A stretch of DNA of 59,367 nt, counting the filler, from Thelocarpon superellum (taxonomy: Eukaryota): assembly GCA_026025795.1 (NCBI GenBank). It is 2 parts of 2 records of this genome, joined end to end, with 100 filler letters (N's around TTAATTAATTAA, not from the genome) between each part and the next. Parts side by side here need not be neighbours in the genome. Positions count along the whole stretch, not along the records: positions 1 to 29,638 come from JAPEUG010000215.1; 1 more part is not named here. One strand, given 5' to 3'. The translations under genes were made by a program, and so were the position numbers. A model generated the notes under the pieces. That model saw nothing but the letters and a program-made list of their open reading frames with translations, searched no databases and was not told where the DNA came from. Of this stretch, positions 10,440-22,137 are shown piece after piece (the stretch's first letter is position 1; each line of letters opens with the position of its first letter).

Positions 10440-11050
10440 CCTGACGACCCAAGAGATGGCGATGGTCCACGAGAGGGGAGAGGGGAGAGTGCCAGGGTCC
10501 GGTGTGTGGTGTGGCTTCAGAGTAGCTCTCCGATGATCTCGAGCTTTGTCTGGATCGACGGCTGAGCGGCCACAGATGTTGATCCCTACGCGTCCGCCAC
10601 TTACTGCACTCGTCTCGCTCCCGGCCCCCCAATCGAACGTCGGCGTGCTGCGGCGTCGATCATTCAGCATCCCGCCACGACAGGAGACTAAGGTGAGAAT
10701 CATCATGACCTATTTACTTCCATTTGCTCTCCGAGATGACTCCCCAATCGCTTGGATCACTCGCATCGTCTTGCACAGGCTCGGTACTGATCGGCCCCGG
10801 TATCCTTGGGCTCCCCACCCACCTCGTGAGGAGGTCGTGATCATGACGCAGATGGAGTGTCCTTGAAAGAGACGTGTCTACGGGGGACGCAGGGTGCATC
10901 GCCTCTTGTCTCGCCTCACCGGCACGCTGCTAGATGGAAAATCGGTTCGACGGATGTACGTAGAGGTCAACGCCCCATGGACGCCTAGCTGAGAGATGAG
11001 ACGCGCCCGATCGTAGTTATACTGAACGAGAGATGGACGAAAGAATGTGG

Positions 11051-11103
11051 AAGAGAAGGGAAGAGAAGAGAAGACAAGAGAAGAGAAGAGAAGAGAAGAG
11101 AAG
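11051..11103. repeat. (AAGAG)n pentanucleotide microsatellite
   Basis: About 10 imperfect AAGAG units downstream of the DCR2-like gene. Confidence 0.9.
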
Positions 11104-11178
11104 AAAAAAAGATGGCGAAGAAAGATCCGAGAAGATAGCACGAGTCAAGCACGAGTCCAAACCGAGCCCTCACCAAAA

Positions 11179-12921
11179 TCACGCCGCGACCACCCGCCCG
11201 CTATCCACGATGATCTGCTCATCGATGCGATCTTCTGACTGACCTGGCTCAAGCCGCTTGTAGGTGGTGATGCGCGCTTCGTTGGTATCGATGTCGAAGA
11301 ATCGCAGCCGTCGTAGATATCCCCCGTACCCGCCATATCCGCCGAATCCCGACCCGCCTCCGTAGCACATCCAGAGCGCCGGCTTACTGCCGTCGGTCTC
11401 GAGTGAGCAGTAGTCGTTGACGTGGTCGCTGGAAGCAGACGAGAGCGTTAGCGATGAGAAGGCCAGGAGGCGACGACGAGGGACGTACTGGCCGCAGCTG
11501 ACGAACAAGACCCCCTGTTGCACCAGCGCGTCACGAAAGCCCGAGTTGTATCCCGGGGCGGTCGGACCTTCCTTCCACCCGCCGACAATCTGGTTGTCGG
11601 TCTTGCGGTATTCGGGCAGCGGGATATGGATAAAGGCCATGTCCATGTGGAAATGGGTGTAGGCTTCGTGCGCCTTCTTGAGCCCCTGCGCCGTCTCCTT
11701 GAACCAGTCGATCTGGCTGGGCTTGAGCCAATCGTACCCTTTGTACTTGTCTTCATCCGGCGAGTAGCTGTGGGTGTCGAGCAGGTAGAGGGTCAAGGCG
11801 GAATGGTGCGAGGTGCCTCGCGCGAGGACCTCGACATAGTAATTTCCCACGCCGTCCACCGTGCTATGGCCTGCTTCGGAGAGGGAATACGGAAGCGATT
11901 CAACGAGTTCCATCGACGCGGCGCGCGAGAGCGAGCCTTCATCGTCGTGGTTGCCAAAGATGGTGACATAGGGAATCTTTCGCTTGATGAAGAGTTCGGC
12001 GTACTTGAAGATGGCCTACCTACACGTCAGCGGGTACAGAGGGAGATGGCGCGGAACACCGACGCTTTGAGCATCCGGGGACGTCTCCCCGTTGACCTGA
12101 TCACCGGTGAGCACGACGAGGTCGGGTTTCTCTTGATCCATGATCGTCCCCACGAACTCCAACGTCCGCGGGTCGGCATCACACGTCATCCCGTTTCGCA
12201 TGGTCGGGACGGGATCTCGGCAGGACCCGAAGCCCGTGCTGAGATGGAGATCGGCCACCTGCATGATCTTGAACTTGCCGTCCTTCCGGATCCGCGGCAC
12301 TGGCTTCTCCAGCTTGGCGGGTGGGCCGCGTCGCACACTCAGCCGGGCCTCCTGCTTCTCACCCGAGGTATCCAAGAGCAGGGGCGTGTCCCTGATCTCC
12401 CAGTGTTGCCGGGGCTCGACGGCATCGGCCCCGAACAGGACATCGATCGCCGTGATGGCCTTTTCCGAGTCGCTGGCGTGGCGTTTCGCCGTGCGCTGCA
12501 ACCAGATGCCGGCCGGGCGCGACTCCCATCGGTGCTCGCCCTCCCTCATGGCCGAGGCGGTCGGATCCTGGCGGCCAACGCGGACGTCGAGGACCACCTT
12601 GTCCTCGGGAAGAAGCTCTTCCTCTTTCTTGCGTTGGACGTGGATGTAGGCATTGGACATCCAGCCGCTGTTGAGGTAGAGGTCCTTCTCGACGCGACTC
12701 CATTTCTCCGGGTCCAGCCGGCATGTGGAGAACAAGGAGAGGCTGGAGCAGGTGGCGACGGAGATATCGATGACTACCAGGCCGGGGTGGTGCATGGGGA
12801 GATGGTCGTGGATGGACTGAGGCAGGACGCGGAAGCGGTTATCGAGCACGAAGATGATGAGGATGGTGAGGGCGGCGACCAGTCCCAGCTGGACGCCCGT
12901 CCGCACAATGCGTCGAGACAT
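11179..12921 (-). CDS. DCR2: Calcineurin-like metallophosphoesterase, Dcr2/Sia1 family
   Basis: FKIMQVADLHL, DLVVLTGDQVNG, IFGNHDDE, AFIHIPLPEY, SCGH(intron)DHVNDYC, GGGSGFGGYGGYGG; N-terminal TM anchor. Confidence 0.88.
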
Positions 12922-13302
12922 GGCGAGGCCAGGCGGGGCGGAGGGGCCGGGAGCCGCGAGTCATGGAAGGCGAGGCGCACGAGTCCCCGCTGTCGCTGAC
13001 GATGAGGGGAATGGGGAGGAGGAAGGAGAAGGGTCAGTTCCGCGACTCCATCACGGCGACGTAAATGACTGCCATTTCGTGCTCGTCGTTTGGCCTGCGT
13101 CGAGGGTAGGCATGGGGTGGCGTCTCTTGACGGCAGATGGAGGACGATTGGCCCAAGCTTGATTGGTGCACTCACACCTGGTGGCCGGCGCGCAGGTCCC
13201 GCCAGAGAAAATCCGGGGGTGCTCCCGTTGTTTGAAAAACCACTACTGTGGGCCGCCGTAGCGACCTTTCGGCATCGCGTGCCACGGTACCACGACACGG
13301 TA

Positions 13303-15318
13303 GGAGTAGCTACGGTCAATTCTGTACAACCACCAATTCTGTACAGAATCGGGGTCAGGAGGCCTACAGATCAGATTGACAATGCAATTGCAAAGTAGAT
13401 ACATTAGATAGCTAGGAGAGAAGGGTCTATAGACTGGTAACTTGATTCAAAGTTGTTTTGATCCAATTAGGCCACTTCTTCATCATCTGTAGCCTCTAAT
13501 ATCACTTCTGTCCCTATTGTCTGACTTGCTTGTTGGCTATTCAAGGCCTCTTCCTTCACTGCCTTAACCTCTAGCTGACACTTCTTGCACTTGTCCTTCA
13601 CAATTGACACCTGTAGCTTAAGATCCTGTCATTGCTAGCATTGACCTTCCTAGTTCTGCCATTGTACAACCTCTTCCTCATGTTCTAGCTCTTTCTGTCA
13701 AATGAGCTCCTGTGCTTCCTTGACACAGAGCAACCCTCCACACTGTAGAACAGTCTGGCAACATGTGGAACATTGCACCCATTCCTTGATTGACTGGCAG
13801 AGGTTGTCCAGCTCTGATTCCATCAGTATTGCACATGACATCAACTGCTCAGTGCTCTGTACAAGCTTCAGCAACACCTCTGGAAGGTGAGGGATGTTGT
13901 CAACAGGTTCCACAGCCAGTAGCAAGGCCTCTGTGTGTTGTTTGATCTGCTGTAGTGTTGTAGGGGTCTAGAGTAGTAGGGTGGAAGGGCCATTGTTGTT
14001 GTTGTCATTGTCATTAATCAGAGGTGTAGCAGGTCACAAGGCCTTATTCAATTGCTGCAGTATAATGTCTGGTTTGTATAGCATGATGCCTGTCTTCTAG
14101 AAGGCCAACTTCACATTTGATTTGGTGAAAGCTTGCTAGCAAACACATAGCAGGATTGACAGGAATTGCACCTTGTCAATAGCCTTGTTGCCACATCACA
14201 CAGCATCGTCAACAGCACAGGTGTAGTAGTGCTTGTAGGGCTAGAAGCAACTGACATCCAACAGCTGCAGTAGGTGGCTCATATAGGGTAGTAGGCAAAC
14301 CAGGATGATATCAAGGTCCCAGGCCTTAATCACAAAGTCTAGGGTGACATGACTACCATAGCCATCTATCAGTAGCAGTCGATATCAGCCATGGGCGCTA
14401 TCCTTCATGAAGTGGTTGAATATCGATTCAAGCTATTCAATGGCAATGGTGTCTATGGTCTAGCCCTTGGGTGATGTTGCTATCATCCAGTTGCTTGGAA
14501 GGTTGGCCTTGTGCAAATACCATGTTGCAGGGTGTTGTTGGCTAGGCATGATGATTAGCAGAGGCAGAATAGAGCCATCAGATCAGATACACTCAACAGC
14601 TGTTATCCATGTACAGGTGCCAGGCTGTGTCACCAATGCCTGGTGCTTCTTTGAGCCAGAATGGCAGACAACTCTCATACATCTAGCAACACCACTGAGG
14701 AAGCCTGTCTTGTCAACATTCCATATGTCATCCTCTACAACACCATACTCCTATATGATGTCCTGGAATTGCTGAAACCACCTGTTGACATGGTTCCTGT
14801 CAGTACAGTTGGCACATATGCTATCCAGAGGTTGACTTGGTGTTGTCATATACTCCAGATGACACTTGACAAAGCGATTGGCCCAATTGATGCCAACAGA
14901 TGGTGTGGTGTTGTCTTCTGTATGATTCGACTTGGTGAGGAGCTTGTTGGCATATCCACAGATGATATCCAGCTGTGGAGGAAAGCTGGCCCTGATCAAC
15001 CAATTGATTGACACCTTGAGTGCTTCCTCCTGAGGTCTCGAGAGCTTCTGATTGTGCCCACTGTTCAGAGCCCACAGTTGGTCACCATTGGCACATCCTA
15101 GGAGCTGGCAGTAAGGAGTGTGGTAATAGGCTGCAGCCTGGCGAAGGGATGTGAATTGACCTGTGTTATACACGTCATAGGCCTCCTGGATGAGGCTCTC
15201 AGAGTCTTGAGCTGATTGCTCCATTCTGTGTGGCATGGTGGTTGATCCTAGGTCACCGCGGGGGGTTCACGATGCTGTACGGAATTGGTGGTTGTACGGA
15301 ATTGACCGTAGCTACTCC
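13303..15318 (-). mobile_element. Fot1/pogo-type (Tc1/mariner superfamily) DNA transposon, full length but mutated
   Basis: 44-bp TIRs (GGAGTAGCTACGGTCAATTCYGTACAACCACCAATTCYGTACAG) at 13303-13346 and 15275-15318 contain an internal direct repeat and are flanked by TA (13301-2, 15319-20). The interior is AT-richer than the flanks and holds a transposase remnant. Confidence 0.92.
13450..15236 (-). pseudogene. DDE_1 (pogo/Fot1) transposase with multiple in-frame stops
   Basis: N-terminal HTH region SLRQAAAYYHTPY..LSRPQEEAL..VGINWANRFVK. Catalytic region LLIDGYGSHVT..LLPYMSHLLQLLDVSCF*PYK at ~14230-14375. 3' end approximate. Confidence 0.88.
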
Positions 15319-15431
15319 TACCACGAAGTGGCGGTCCACGGTCGCGTCACGCGCCCTACAAGCTTGTACGAGCACTCCCGTACCTCTTGAACCCGGCACT
15401 TTTTGCCCTCGGGTTGGAGTAAGAGGCAGTC

Positions 15432-16842
15432 ATGAACCATGTATCGTCCGCCTTGTCGAGACATCTTGCGCGTCGTCGAGCTGGTCAAAGAATACACTGG
15501 ACATGTCTACGATGTCGAACTTTCTCCTTCCACACCTCGGTCGAGCGTGGGGTCATCCGTGGTAAGACTGGTGTACGACGTCCGTCGCAGGAGATCAAAC
15601 GGCTAATGGTCAATTAAAGAGCACGATGCGGTGATCCTTCGACGAGACTCGAACCCCAATGCACCTTCACAATTTATTCCAAAATTGGAAGAAGACGGGC
15701 AGTTTCACTCGCATCGAGGATACATTCGACACGCAGATATCATTGGAAAAGGGGTCCGGGAGGTAGTGGAGACCACTCAGGGTAATTTGGTTTGGCGATA
15801 TGATAGTCCAGGTCTGGACTAACATTGCGTTATACAGGGAAGAGATATAGGATCCATGTTCCCACGTTGGCAGAATATGTGACATTGAGACGACGGCACG
15901 TCACGCCCGTAAGAATTCCCACAATTCTATGATTGACCAGATCGTTCATCTTTCCAGATCTACCCCGCCGACGCCAACCTGATCGTCTCTCTTCTGGACA
16001 TTCACGCCGACCGCTCCATTCGTGATGACAAGCTGGAGATCCTCGAAGCAGGCACGGGCCAAGGATCGCTCACCCTCCATCTCGCACGAGCCATCCACGG
16101 CGCGAATCCACCAACACCGTACATCCCCGAGGTGCCCCATGCCGACGATGGTGGCGCCACCGCCGCCGCCGTCCAATCCACGGAATACACCGAGTGGCGT
16201 CAGAGCCGCAATGCCATCATCCACAGCGTGGAAGTGTCACCGAAATACTCATACCTGGCACGACACGTAGTCTATGGCTTCCGACACGGGCTTTACTACC
16301 CCGACGTCGACTTCCACACAAGCGACGTCTCACAATGGCTCGACACCCATGCGAATTTGCACGGGAGAAACACGGCGGCCTTTCTGAGCCATGCAATCCT
16401 GGATCTACCATCCAGCGAGCTCCATCTGCCGCGCGTCGCACAGGCACTGCACCCCGACGGGGCTCTCCTGACCTTCAACCCCAGCATCACACAGGTCATG
16501 GCGTGCGCGGCGCACGTCAAGGCCGAGTCGCTCCCGCTTGTGCTGGCGCGCGTGCTCGAGCTGGGTAACAATGCGGCCAGTGGGGGCCGGGACTGGGATG
16601 TTCGCGTCGTTACGCCTAGGGCTACCCTGAAGGCACAAGAGAAGCTGAGGGATGAAGAGGGCCGAGAGGGGGAGGAGAAAGAGGGGGTAGATGAAGGCGG
16701 GGGAGAGGGAGAATGTGTTGGAGTGGAAGAGCAAGATACCCGCCATAGCTGGAAGACCATTTGCCGCCCAAAAGTAGGCGAGCGTATAGTAGGAGGGGGC
16801 TTCGTAGGACTATGGCGTAAGACGAGAGAGAGAGAGAGATGA
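15432..16842 (+). CDS. TRM61: tRNA (adenine-N1)-methyltransferase catalytic subunit, Trm61/GCD14 family, probably mitochondrial
   Basis: HRGYIRHADIIGK, PTLAEYV, VTP/IYPADANLIVSLLDI, ILEAGTGQGSLTLHLARA, AILDLP, FNPSITQ; three introns; Arg-rich presequence-like N-terminus. Confidence 0.85.
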
Positions 16843-16991
16843 GAAGATCGCTCTCTCTTTTCTCCTCGTACTTGGACAGAAGGACCGAGGCACATGTGGT
16901 CTGCGAAGATTAGATGAAGAAATGAGAGCAATCGTTAGCGTGCGAAGAGATCCAAGGCACGATACCCCGCCGAGGCAACACCTCAACGGCG

Positions 16992-18180
16992 TCACAGCTT
17001 GGCTCTCCCATCTTCCCCCTCCGTCGCTTTTCCAGCCGTAGCCGTGGTGGAGCCGGCACGCGCCAGGATCCAATCTGCCGTGTCCTTGGCGTACGTGTAT
17101 TTATCTTCGCCCGGTTCGCCGTGCACTGCACCGATCATGGACGTCCATTAGCGTTGTCCCTGGTGCGTCTGGGGTAGGGTGGTACTCACGCTTATGATAC
17201 CAACCCTCGTAGGATTTAAACTCCTTATCTTTCGACAGTGCAGTCTGCTCCGTCCACTTGCGAGAGGCGTCGTAGCCGGTGATTTTGTCGGCTGAGCCAT
17301 GGGAGATCCAGATGGGAAGGGTAGCGGGGGGGACCGTGCTGCCTTTGACGATACATTCGCCGCGGTCCAGCATCGCAGCCAATCCCTCCAGGGTGCCCGT
17401 GTCGTGGCAAAGGGGATCCTCGTCGTTGATCTTGTTCACTTCCGGGTCGCGGCTGAGGAAGGCCGGATTGAGCTTTTGTACCATCTGGTGGTGTGGCAGC
17501 AGCTTGCCCGCCAGTCGGCCCAGGACCACGGTGATTCTCGAGGCCTGGCTTGCTGGGGCCAGCGCCAAGAAAGGCGACTCTGCGAGGAGGCCGCGGAACT
17601 GTTGAATCTGCTCCTGGGGTCCGTCGGCCGCGAAGCCGAGCACGATGCCGCCGCCCATGCTATGGCCCATGAGGAAGATGGGCACGGGGCTGGGCAGGTG
17701 GGTGGAGATGAAGGAGGCCAGGTCCTCGTAGATGAGCGGGCTACCCCCAGTGAGGCCCTTGGACGCTTGTGTGGTGACAGATCGCCCCCATCCCCTCCCG
17801 AAACTCAGCTGGGTGGGAGAAATCAGGGGGCACGTCGGTCGTACCGTTGATCAAAGGAACACACTTGGATACCTCGGGCGGTCAGGCTCGGGAAGAAGGT
17901 CAGGTAAGCGTTGCCTAGCTCCCCGACTCCACGTTAATGAGTGCTCGGGTGGACCCGGGGGAGCAGCGACGTACAGTGGTCGCTGAAGCCATGGACGAAA
18001 ATCAACCTCGCCTCCGTCGTTCCCTTGGGCTACTCGAGAGGAAAGACGTGTTAGCGAGGTTAGAGTGCCGACTGCGGTCGCTCAACGAACCGTCCAGGTC
18101 TTGGTATACAATTTGGTCCCGTCCTTGACCGTATGCGACCCTTCTTCTGTCGTGTACGTTGGCTCTGCATCTGTAGACAT
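16992..18180 (-). CDS. Alpha/beta-hydrolase, monoglyceride lipase/lysophospholipase (Yju3-like)
   Basis: DGTKLYTKTW, IFVHGFSDH, RGWGRS, FLMGHSMGGG nucleophile motif, HGSADKIT, YEGWYHK/HGEP; last exon ends ..GRAKL*. Confidence 0.88.
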
Positions 18181-18490
18181 GATGGTGGCGGTGGGGCAAG
18201 ATGTAAGACAACGTTGACTTGTGCGGCGATGGAATGTGGAGCTCCTCGTGTGCTTATGCTCGTGTCCGTGTGCGCAGTCCACCAGGTCGGAGCCGGGGAG
18301 TCCTTCGTGGTTACGGTCAAGAGGGATCCGCGGGGCCAAGGCGGTGAAGTCCTAGCCGGCAGAATTACGAACCGAGGCTGGGTCCCCAGTTAGGGTGACA
18401 CTGACGTCCGTAGAGACGCCCCGGGTACCTATTGGTGCGAGGCTTTAGGTCTACCGTATCCTGACTCCATCATACCTTTCCCTCAGCACC

Positions 18491-19766
18491 TCAATTGACC
18501 TCCGAGTTAGCATCCGCCAAGTATCCTTGGAGCTTCCACAACCATTCCTGCGCCTCGACCGTCCCTGGCTTTGATCGTATTCTCAGGAGCTCATGATAAC
18601 CCAGCTCGCCGAGTCGCGCCCGGAGTGTCTCGGTATGTTTACCCCCGAGCATCTTGGGCAGATTATACGAGGGGATGGCTCGTGCTGGGAGCGATCGAGT
18701 CACTGCGCTCGCATATGCCGCCGGCCCTCGAGTCGACCCGGGCTGGAAGGACCAGGGCTCCCCTGTCGTGGCCTCAAAGTCTTCGGCATCTACAGGGTCT
18801 GGCGAGGCATGGGCAGGTCCAAGCCAGAGCAGACAGGCACTCTGGTGTGGAGCCGTCCCCTCTTTCACCGCCGAGATATACTGTCGTTCGGCCAAATCGC
18901 CAATCTCGTGCATGACCCGCTGAGCGAGCAGCTCTCGCACAAGCACGTCCATGTCTTGGCGCCACACGATGTCGCCCAGCTTGACCCCGGTCTTGCCGCA
19001 TTTGATGGCATCGTACAAACGTGTCCAATTACTTCGTTTGGACCCACGCGTCAATTGGCCCAACACCCCATGTCGGGCAAGAGCGTAAGACGAAGGCCCT
19101 GGCAATGTTCGCGGGACGGATGGTAGCTGGAATCCGGCAGGAGATGCCATGAGGCTGTCTTCCTCGATTGGCACATTCAGGCTGTGATCAGGATCGTCTC
19201 CAAAGGGGTCCACAGCTTGCAGGCCCTTGGGCAGCAGCCATGGCGCCTTGGTGTCGGGGTGCGCCATCAACTCAAAGTTGAGGAGACACGACTTGGGTAG
19301 ACGGGTCAGGGTAGTATCACAGCAGCGGATCGGAGTGTCAAGTGCTCGTGCTGCATGCGATTAGCCGTGATGCCTGATTGGATCTTGCAAGCTGGGCCGT
19401 ACCGAACGGGTTGTTCTTAAGCTTCCGCTGCAACGGGCTCAAGAAAGCACCCGGCCGGGCTTTCCGAGTGCGGTGCCGTTCTCGAGCTGCAACGAGCACA
19501 GGGTCCATTATCGGGGACAAAGGTAGCGGCCGCGTCCGAGGAATTGGCGATACCGGAACCTGCGTCGTCGGAGAGGGCTCCACGTCATCATGGTGCTCTT
19601 GAGATAGGCTCTCACCCTGCTCGGTGGTATGGGAGGTGGTGCTATTGGTAGTGGAATGGGTGGAAAGGGCATGCAAGAGCTGTCGGGTCCTTGGGGGCTG
19701 CTGGCAGATATGGTGCATCCATACCGGGAGCAAGCGAGGCAACTTCGCCTTCCGCGACGTCCTCAT
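18491..19766 (-). CDS. Conserved hypothetical fungal protein, possibly mitochondrial
   Basis: Two exons: ..LPLSPIMDP..LQRKLKNNPF / ALDTPIRCC..RLP..LMAHPDTKAPWLLP..IVWRQDM..WLWKLQGYL. Start uncertain. Confidence 0.65.
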
Positions 19767-19999
19767 GGCCTCGAGCGAGCCATGTGTTGGGAATGGTGAA
19801 CGGTGAAGAGCATGAACTTTGAGGAAGGTTGAGTGCACTCGCAACGGTAAATCGTAATTTGGCTCGTTGACGCGCCATACGCGACTGCCGAGCCATCAAA
19901 GATGCCATAGCTCCACGAGAAGAGCTCCGCTCCCAGCTCCCAGCTCCCAGCTCCCCATCCTCTCACATCTTCTAGCTCGCCGCAAGGGCTCCATCCAGC

Positions 20000-21055
20000 A
20001 TGAATCCTTCGCGCAGCATGAACTCATTATGGCGTTGCCGTCCCCGGATGACGAGCCCGCGGCACCTGAGAGGTTTCCATACGCGAGATTCGTCGAATGT
20101 CGTCCGCAAGCCGATGCCGAGGAGCTGGAGTCCGACTCCTTACGTGACGGAAACGGTGGTAGGTCTAGCACCACCACATCATGCGGAGCTAGAGGCTAAT
20201 TGGCCAGGGAGGAGGTTGGCACACATGTATGTGAAGTATCATCTCAGGAAGTGGGGCAATCGATGACAAGACGCAGACGACATCTTTTCTCGACTTCTCA
20301 AGGTGTGTCATAACATCTTCCACCGCCAGCTGGCTCACGTGCCCACGCTGACGACCGTCGACAGGAACGCATCGTGTGCCTCAATGGCGAAGTGGATGAA
20401 ACCGTGTCCGCATCCATCGTGGCGCAGCTCCTCTTCCTTGAAGCCGACAACCCGGAAAAGCCCATCCAGCTCTACATCAACTCGCCCGGAGGCTCCGTCA
20501 CGGCTGGTAGGTTCCCACCTCGGTCACACGACGTCATCATCCGCAGAGCTGACCAGTGCTCAAGGCCTGGCCGTCTATGACACCATGACCTACATCCAAT
20601 GCCCCGTCGCGACCATCTGCATTGGACAAGCGGCCTCGATGGGGTCACTCCTGCTCAGCGGCGGCGAGCCAGGACGACGATATTGTCTACCACACAGTAG
20701 CATCATGGTGCACCAGCCGACGGGAGGATATTACGGCCAAGCGACGGACATTGCCATCCATGCTAACGAGATCCTCCGCGTGCGGCGGCAGCTGAATGAA
20801 CTGTACCGCCGACACCTGACCAAGCCGCATACCATCGAGGAGATTGAACGATTGCTGGAGCGAGATCACTTCATGGGTGCTCAAGAGGCCTTGGGGATGG
20901 GTATCGTCGACCAGATTCTGACACGGCGGTTGACCCCAGGGGAGCCGGGGGGTGAGGCTCCACCGACTGCTGGTGATCACGACCCGTCCCCATCCCCGTC
21001 TCCGTCTCCGTCTCCGTCCCCGTCTTCGTCCCCATCTCCTGCGCCCAAAGCATAG
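20000..21055 (+). CDS. CLPP: Mitochondrial ATP-dependent Clp protease proteolytic subunit
   Basis: [74 protein letters not shown]; (SP)n low-complexity tail. Confidence 0.93.
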
Positions 21056-22137
21056 GTAGGTAGAGGTGTCTTACGATAATCTCACAAACAAGCATCATCT
21101 CAACGCTTCAAACATGCAGAGCAGTGAGCGCCACTTCCGACAAGAAAATGAAAATGGGGTACGACAGAGAGAGAAGAGCAGGTCATATTACAATCAGTCA
21201 CAGATCAATCATAAGCAAAAGCAGGCCGTCGACCGACCGACCGACCGACGGTTGACCTATGACTCTCCTACCTAAGTAACATACCTATCCATTGACCACG
21301 TAACGAAAGAGCATTGCCTTACGCAGTTTCGATACAATGCGGAGGCAGCGCGAACAAGGACAGTAACCACGACCAGGAGAACGACAAGACGTGAACGACC
21401 ATGACAGCGACGACGAAAATGACATGCAGGACCCGGCCGGCCCTTCCTCGCCCGTGTCTTGCCCGTGTCTCACCCGTGTCATCTTTCCAACGTGGGCAGA
21501 CCGAGCACCGAGCTCTGCCCTCCACTCAAACCTCGACTCTGTCTCTTCCGCTGTCTGTCTTCGTCTCTTCTCTGTCTCCGTCTTTATCTCTGTCTTGACC
21601 ATCTCGTACCTGGTATGGCATCGATCGTGCCCGGTTCGAGTACGGGTAGGAGCGACGCATGCATGTGCCTACGGACGTATGCACGCACGCTCGCTCGCGC
21701 CCGATGCGTATGAAGACCAAGAGCCAACCCCACCCACGAAACACCGGGAAAGGGAGAGGGGATAAGGAAGAGGAGGGCGTGTGTTGCGGACTAAGTACAG
21801 TACAGAAAAAGAGGCGGAAAGAGAGAGAGAGTGAGACATACACGTAGAGACTCACAGGAACAGAGACGGGAAGGGAGACAAGAGACAGGAACAGGCACCG
21901 ACGCACACGGAGACAATCTCACCGAGAAAAGAGATAAGAGACGAGAGACGAGAGACGGCGAGAGAAAAAGCCGATGAAACGAGACGAGACGTCCATGCCG
22001 TGGGACCCAACCCAATGTCAGACCCCGGCCCAAATCCATCCCATCCCATCATGCTATGCGTGTGTCGCCTCCATCGGGCTCATCCATTCCACACTCACAA
22101 CCACATCCACATCGACCCCGGTCCATCCCACCCCACG

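Noticed and set aside
11518..12999. 493-aa plus-strand ORF
   Set aside because: Antisense shadow of the GC-rich DCR2-like gene with no recognisable motifs.
13299..15322. Transposon inserted at the centre of a 26-bp host palindrome
   Set aside because: More simply explained by the TIR extending to the outer TA (44 bp).
21060..22130. Repeat-rich tract (CGAC, GAGAC, CCCAT runs) between CLPP and CCR4
   Set aside because: Simple-sequence 3' UTR/intergenic DNA with no higher-order structure evident.
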